DNA of 64,000 nt, taken from the NCBI GenBank assembly GCA_051362555.1, contig CM120644.1, positions 18,312,534-18,376,533 on the forward strand, in the 5' to 3' direction. Origin of the DNA: Lingula anatina. Its lineage: Eukaryota > Animalia > Brachiopoda. The notes beneath the pieces are model-generated. The model was not told where the DNA came from. It saw only the letters and a list, made by a program, of their open reading frames with translations, and searched no databases. The position numbers were made by a program, and so were the translations under genes. Of this stretch, positions 61,301-64,000 are shown one piece after another. Position 1 is the stretch's first letter; every line of letters starts with the position of its first letter.

Positions 61301-64000
61301 GTATGCGAGTGATTTAAATTTCTCTGTACGTCAGAGTTTTCACAGCTCTCTTTATTATTATTATAAACTTTATTTAAAGAATGTAAAACATGTTACATGC
61401 AAGTGAATATATATGGCCCTCTTTAGAATAATTGTCTATGAGACCATTCCCACAGATATTGAGATCGATCTATCCCCCTGGGGAGTCTCACTAGATTGCT
61501 GTCAGCTAACCGGCTTAAATGTCTGTCCCGCCTACTAAAAGCTGTAAGGGTGTAGTTAACTTTTGTGAGCGCTCAACTCCCAGAAGCTGACAGCAGTTAA
61601 GTGTGAACCCCCAGGTGGTTAGGTTGATCCAGATGAATTGATCTAAATCTGTGGGAACCCAGTCTATGAGATACCTTAATATAGATAAGAGACTAATATC
61701 ACTCTTATACCAGGTCAACCGGCTGCCAAGTCTCCACCAAGTAATGCCAGACCAACACAACTATCTCACAGAAGAAAAGTGGAAGACAGGGATGAACAAC
61801 ACAGGAAGCAACAGCCAGCTATTCCAGCAGCTAAAAACACCCACCGTCAGAGAGCACCGCTGACCAGTGACACAAAGAACAGGTTTCAGCATTGGCGGAA
61901 TGCTAGGAAAGAAGCAAATGAAACTCCAAATTCAGATTTGGTTTTAGAGTCAGCAAGGACTGAGGATTCTCAGAAAAAAATAAACGTACGGACAATATCG
62001 CATTCAGCAGCCTCATACCGCACAGAGTCTGACGATGTGTCACTAAGTAGGTATGGTGTTGTTCTCTCAACTGGCCAATCAGAATTTAGCTCTCATGATG
62101 AGGATTCTGTTGGCCAATCAGATGAGGGGTATCAATATGAAAAAGAGGACTTGTCATCAAAAACGCTGAAATGGGATGAATCAGGTGGTGCAACACAGAG
62201 AAAACAACTTTCACCTGAGGAATTTGATACCTTAGCGGACCAAATTATAAAGCGTGTCAAGGAAGATTTGAGAACAAGCACCTCGGAAAAAATAAATTCT
62301 GCCAGGAAAGAAAAAGCAAAAATTGGAAAGAATATCCAAGATGGTCAAATAATAAACAAAGTCAAAAAGGATACTTCAGGATGTTCTGATAACAGATTAG
62401 AAGGCCACAAATGTGTGATCTGCAAAAAGCCAATGGTAAGCTACTTAGTAATATTGTGACATTTATTTTTTACTGAAGTTCATCATGACAGGAGTTCATT
62501 TTATTGCATCACAAAGTTACGATTTCATGAATCAGACCCAAATGTGGAAGAAAAAAAAACACTGCTGATTGCAAAAATAGAAATTACAGATATCAATGAA
62601 TCATATCTGTCTGCAGCGTCAGGCACTGGTTAGCCAAGTAAAATTTTATTTGGACCCAAAAATTTTTTAGAATGGGTGAATTTAGTAGTCCAACAATGCC
62701 ATTGGATTTTACTATAAGTTTTCAAAAAGGCTTTTGGAATTATTTAATTTTTTTTTCTGTAATGCCAAAAAAAAAGTGTATGCCAAATTAAGGTCATGTC
62801 ATTACTACTATTAATGCATTAGGGAATGATTTTGAGTCTTACTGAAATTTTCATTTTGACCAGTAAATTTTAGGAAGATGGTGGTTCTAATGGCCAGTAA
62901 GCTGAAAAGTCTATGGCACAAACTGTCTTACAATTTTTCTTCAGTGTATGTGTGACAGTGTGTGTGAGTGTGTTGCGAGCAGCAGTTCAAATTTCAAAGA
63001 CCTCACTAAGTCGAAAAAAATGTTTTCCAAGGTCAAAATTTATTAATAATTTTTATTTTAATAAATTTTCAGAAAATTGCACAACACATTTGGCAAACTG
63101 TCTTTTTCATGTATTTCTAATATATTTATTCAGTTTTTTAGTTATCTATTTTTATATATTCTATTTTATTTCATTACTTTTTATATTATTATTTTTTTAG
63201 GTGTGTAGGGGTCAATAATACAAGCGTTCTTCTTTCAAAATCAATTGTTGGTTATAAACTTCAGCCAGAACCTAGTACCTATTACCCTCTACCAGAGTCA
63301 CATACAGTATTGATTTTTCACTAGAAATTCACAGATATGTCTGTAGATAAATGACAGGGGCGGATTGAGGCCATCTTCAGGGTCTTCCGGAAGACGGTCA
63401 GATTTTCAAGTTTACATTGACGGGTATCTAATTTTGTCCCTCACGAACACGGTCAAAAATACAGGATCAACAAGATAATTTAGAAGACTGTCAGAAAATA
63501 GCTCTGGATCCGCCCCTGAATGATGGCACTTTTCTGCACTGTCAGAGATTATAATCTGTGACCCTGGTAGAGGGTATGTACTTACCCTACTGTATGTGCT
63601 AGTAGTTACCCTATTTCTTTTCCCTCTTCCACAGGTCCAGGCTTCCCATTCTCCGATGCTGTTCATCCCATGTGGACACACCGTGTGTAAAACGTGTGCA
63701 GAGCCCCAGAAATTCTGCACTTTCTGCGGCACAGCTATCACATCCAAAACTTGCAATATTGCACTCCAGAAGGTCATAACAGACTTCTATTTCAAAGAAC
63801 CAACGGATAACAGTGGTGTTGGGGATGTCAGTGACTACAGGCCCAGTCAATACACGTACCAAAGTGAGAAAGAATGTGCTGTGTATTCCGATAAGAAAAA
63901 TCGTGTCAACTACGATGCTGAACTCAAATCCCTGCTAGTGCGCCAGGAGGTTCTGGAAGCCACCACACAGGATATAGCGACAAACTTGACGCAGTTAAAG
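60067..64000 (+). CDS. Uncharacterised RING-HC (C3HC4) protein with a long low-complexity N-terminus and a downstream coiled coil (3' incomplete)
   Basis: Exons 60067..60123 (MAHKGKFSKEKTKQEIHEK|gtaagc), 60685..60850 (or 60832), 61714..62435 and 63635..>64000, with consistent phases. The spliced RING reads CVICKKPM|VQASHSPMLFIPCGHTVCKTCAEPQKFCTFC. Confidence 0.8.
60855..61021. mobile_element. hAT-like MITE with a 5-bp TSD
   Basis: TIRs CAGGCCTGTAGCCAG / TTGGCTATGGGCCTG, with GGTAT duplicated on both sides. Confidence 0.75.
61227..61295. repeat. (CT)n microsatellite
   Basis: Direct inspection. Confidence 0.9.
61442..61664. mobile_element. PIF/Harbinger-like MITE, family copy C
   Basis: gaccattcccacagatattgagatcgatcta...gatctaaatctgtgggaa, with the same core as copies A and B. 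Confidence 0.75.
63355..63518 (+). mobile_element. hAT-like MITE (family shared with 34841..35007)
   Basis: TIRs CAGGGGCGGAT / ATCCGCCCCTG, with AATGA duplicated on both sides. Confidence 0.8.

Noticed and set aside
60851-61317. Long extension of the 210-aa ORF
   Set aside because: Read-through into a MITE and a (CT)n microsatellite after the exon donor.

Overview
AT-rich animal (metazoan invertebrate-type) genomic DNA with GT-AG spliceosomal introns, microsatellites and many transposon relics; it is not prokaryotic, and the species cannot be determined from the sequence. Left third: a tandem family of three minus-strand genes for proteins of the aequorin/obelin/sarcoplasmic-calcium-binding-protein (SCP) EF-hand class. 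Copy 3 is intact and copy 1 is intact as far as visible (it runs off the window). Both have a separate 72-nt exon encoding a signal peptide, which the ORF track misses. Copy 2 is a frameshifted pseudogene. Between them lie a Tx1/L1-type LINE fragment, a ~185-bp tandem repeat array and a frameshifted STELLO/DUF288-like glycosyltransferase gene. Middle: a two-exon TRIM-NHL gene (RING, B-box, coiled coil, NHL repeats). Right: a complete nine-coding-exon asparagine synthetase gene (549 aa), head-to-head with an uncharacterised RING-HC gene. The shared promoter has two ATF4-type amino-acid response elements. ASNS introns contain a very young 497-bp TRIM retroelement with identical LTRs, several MITEs, and a 74-bp tandem duplication of a splice donor. 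The most promising lead is the apparently secreted, locally diversifying photoprotein/SCP-like EF-hand family. All exon structures and alignments were worked out by eye and need transcript or database confirmation.
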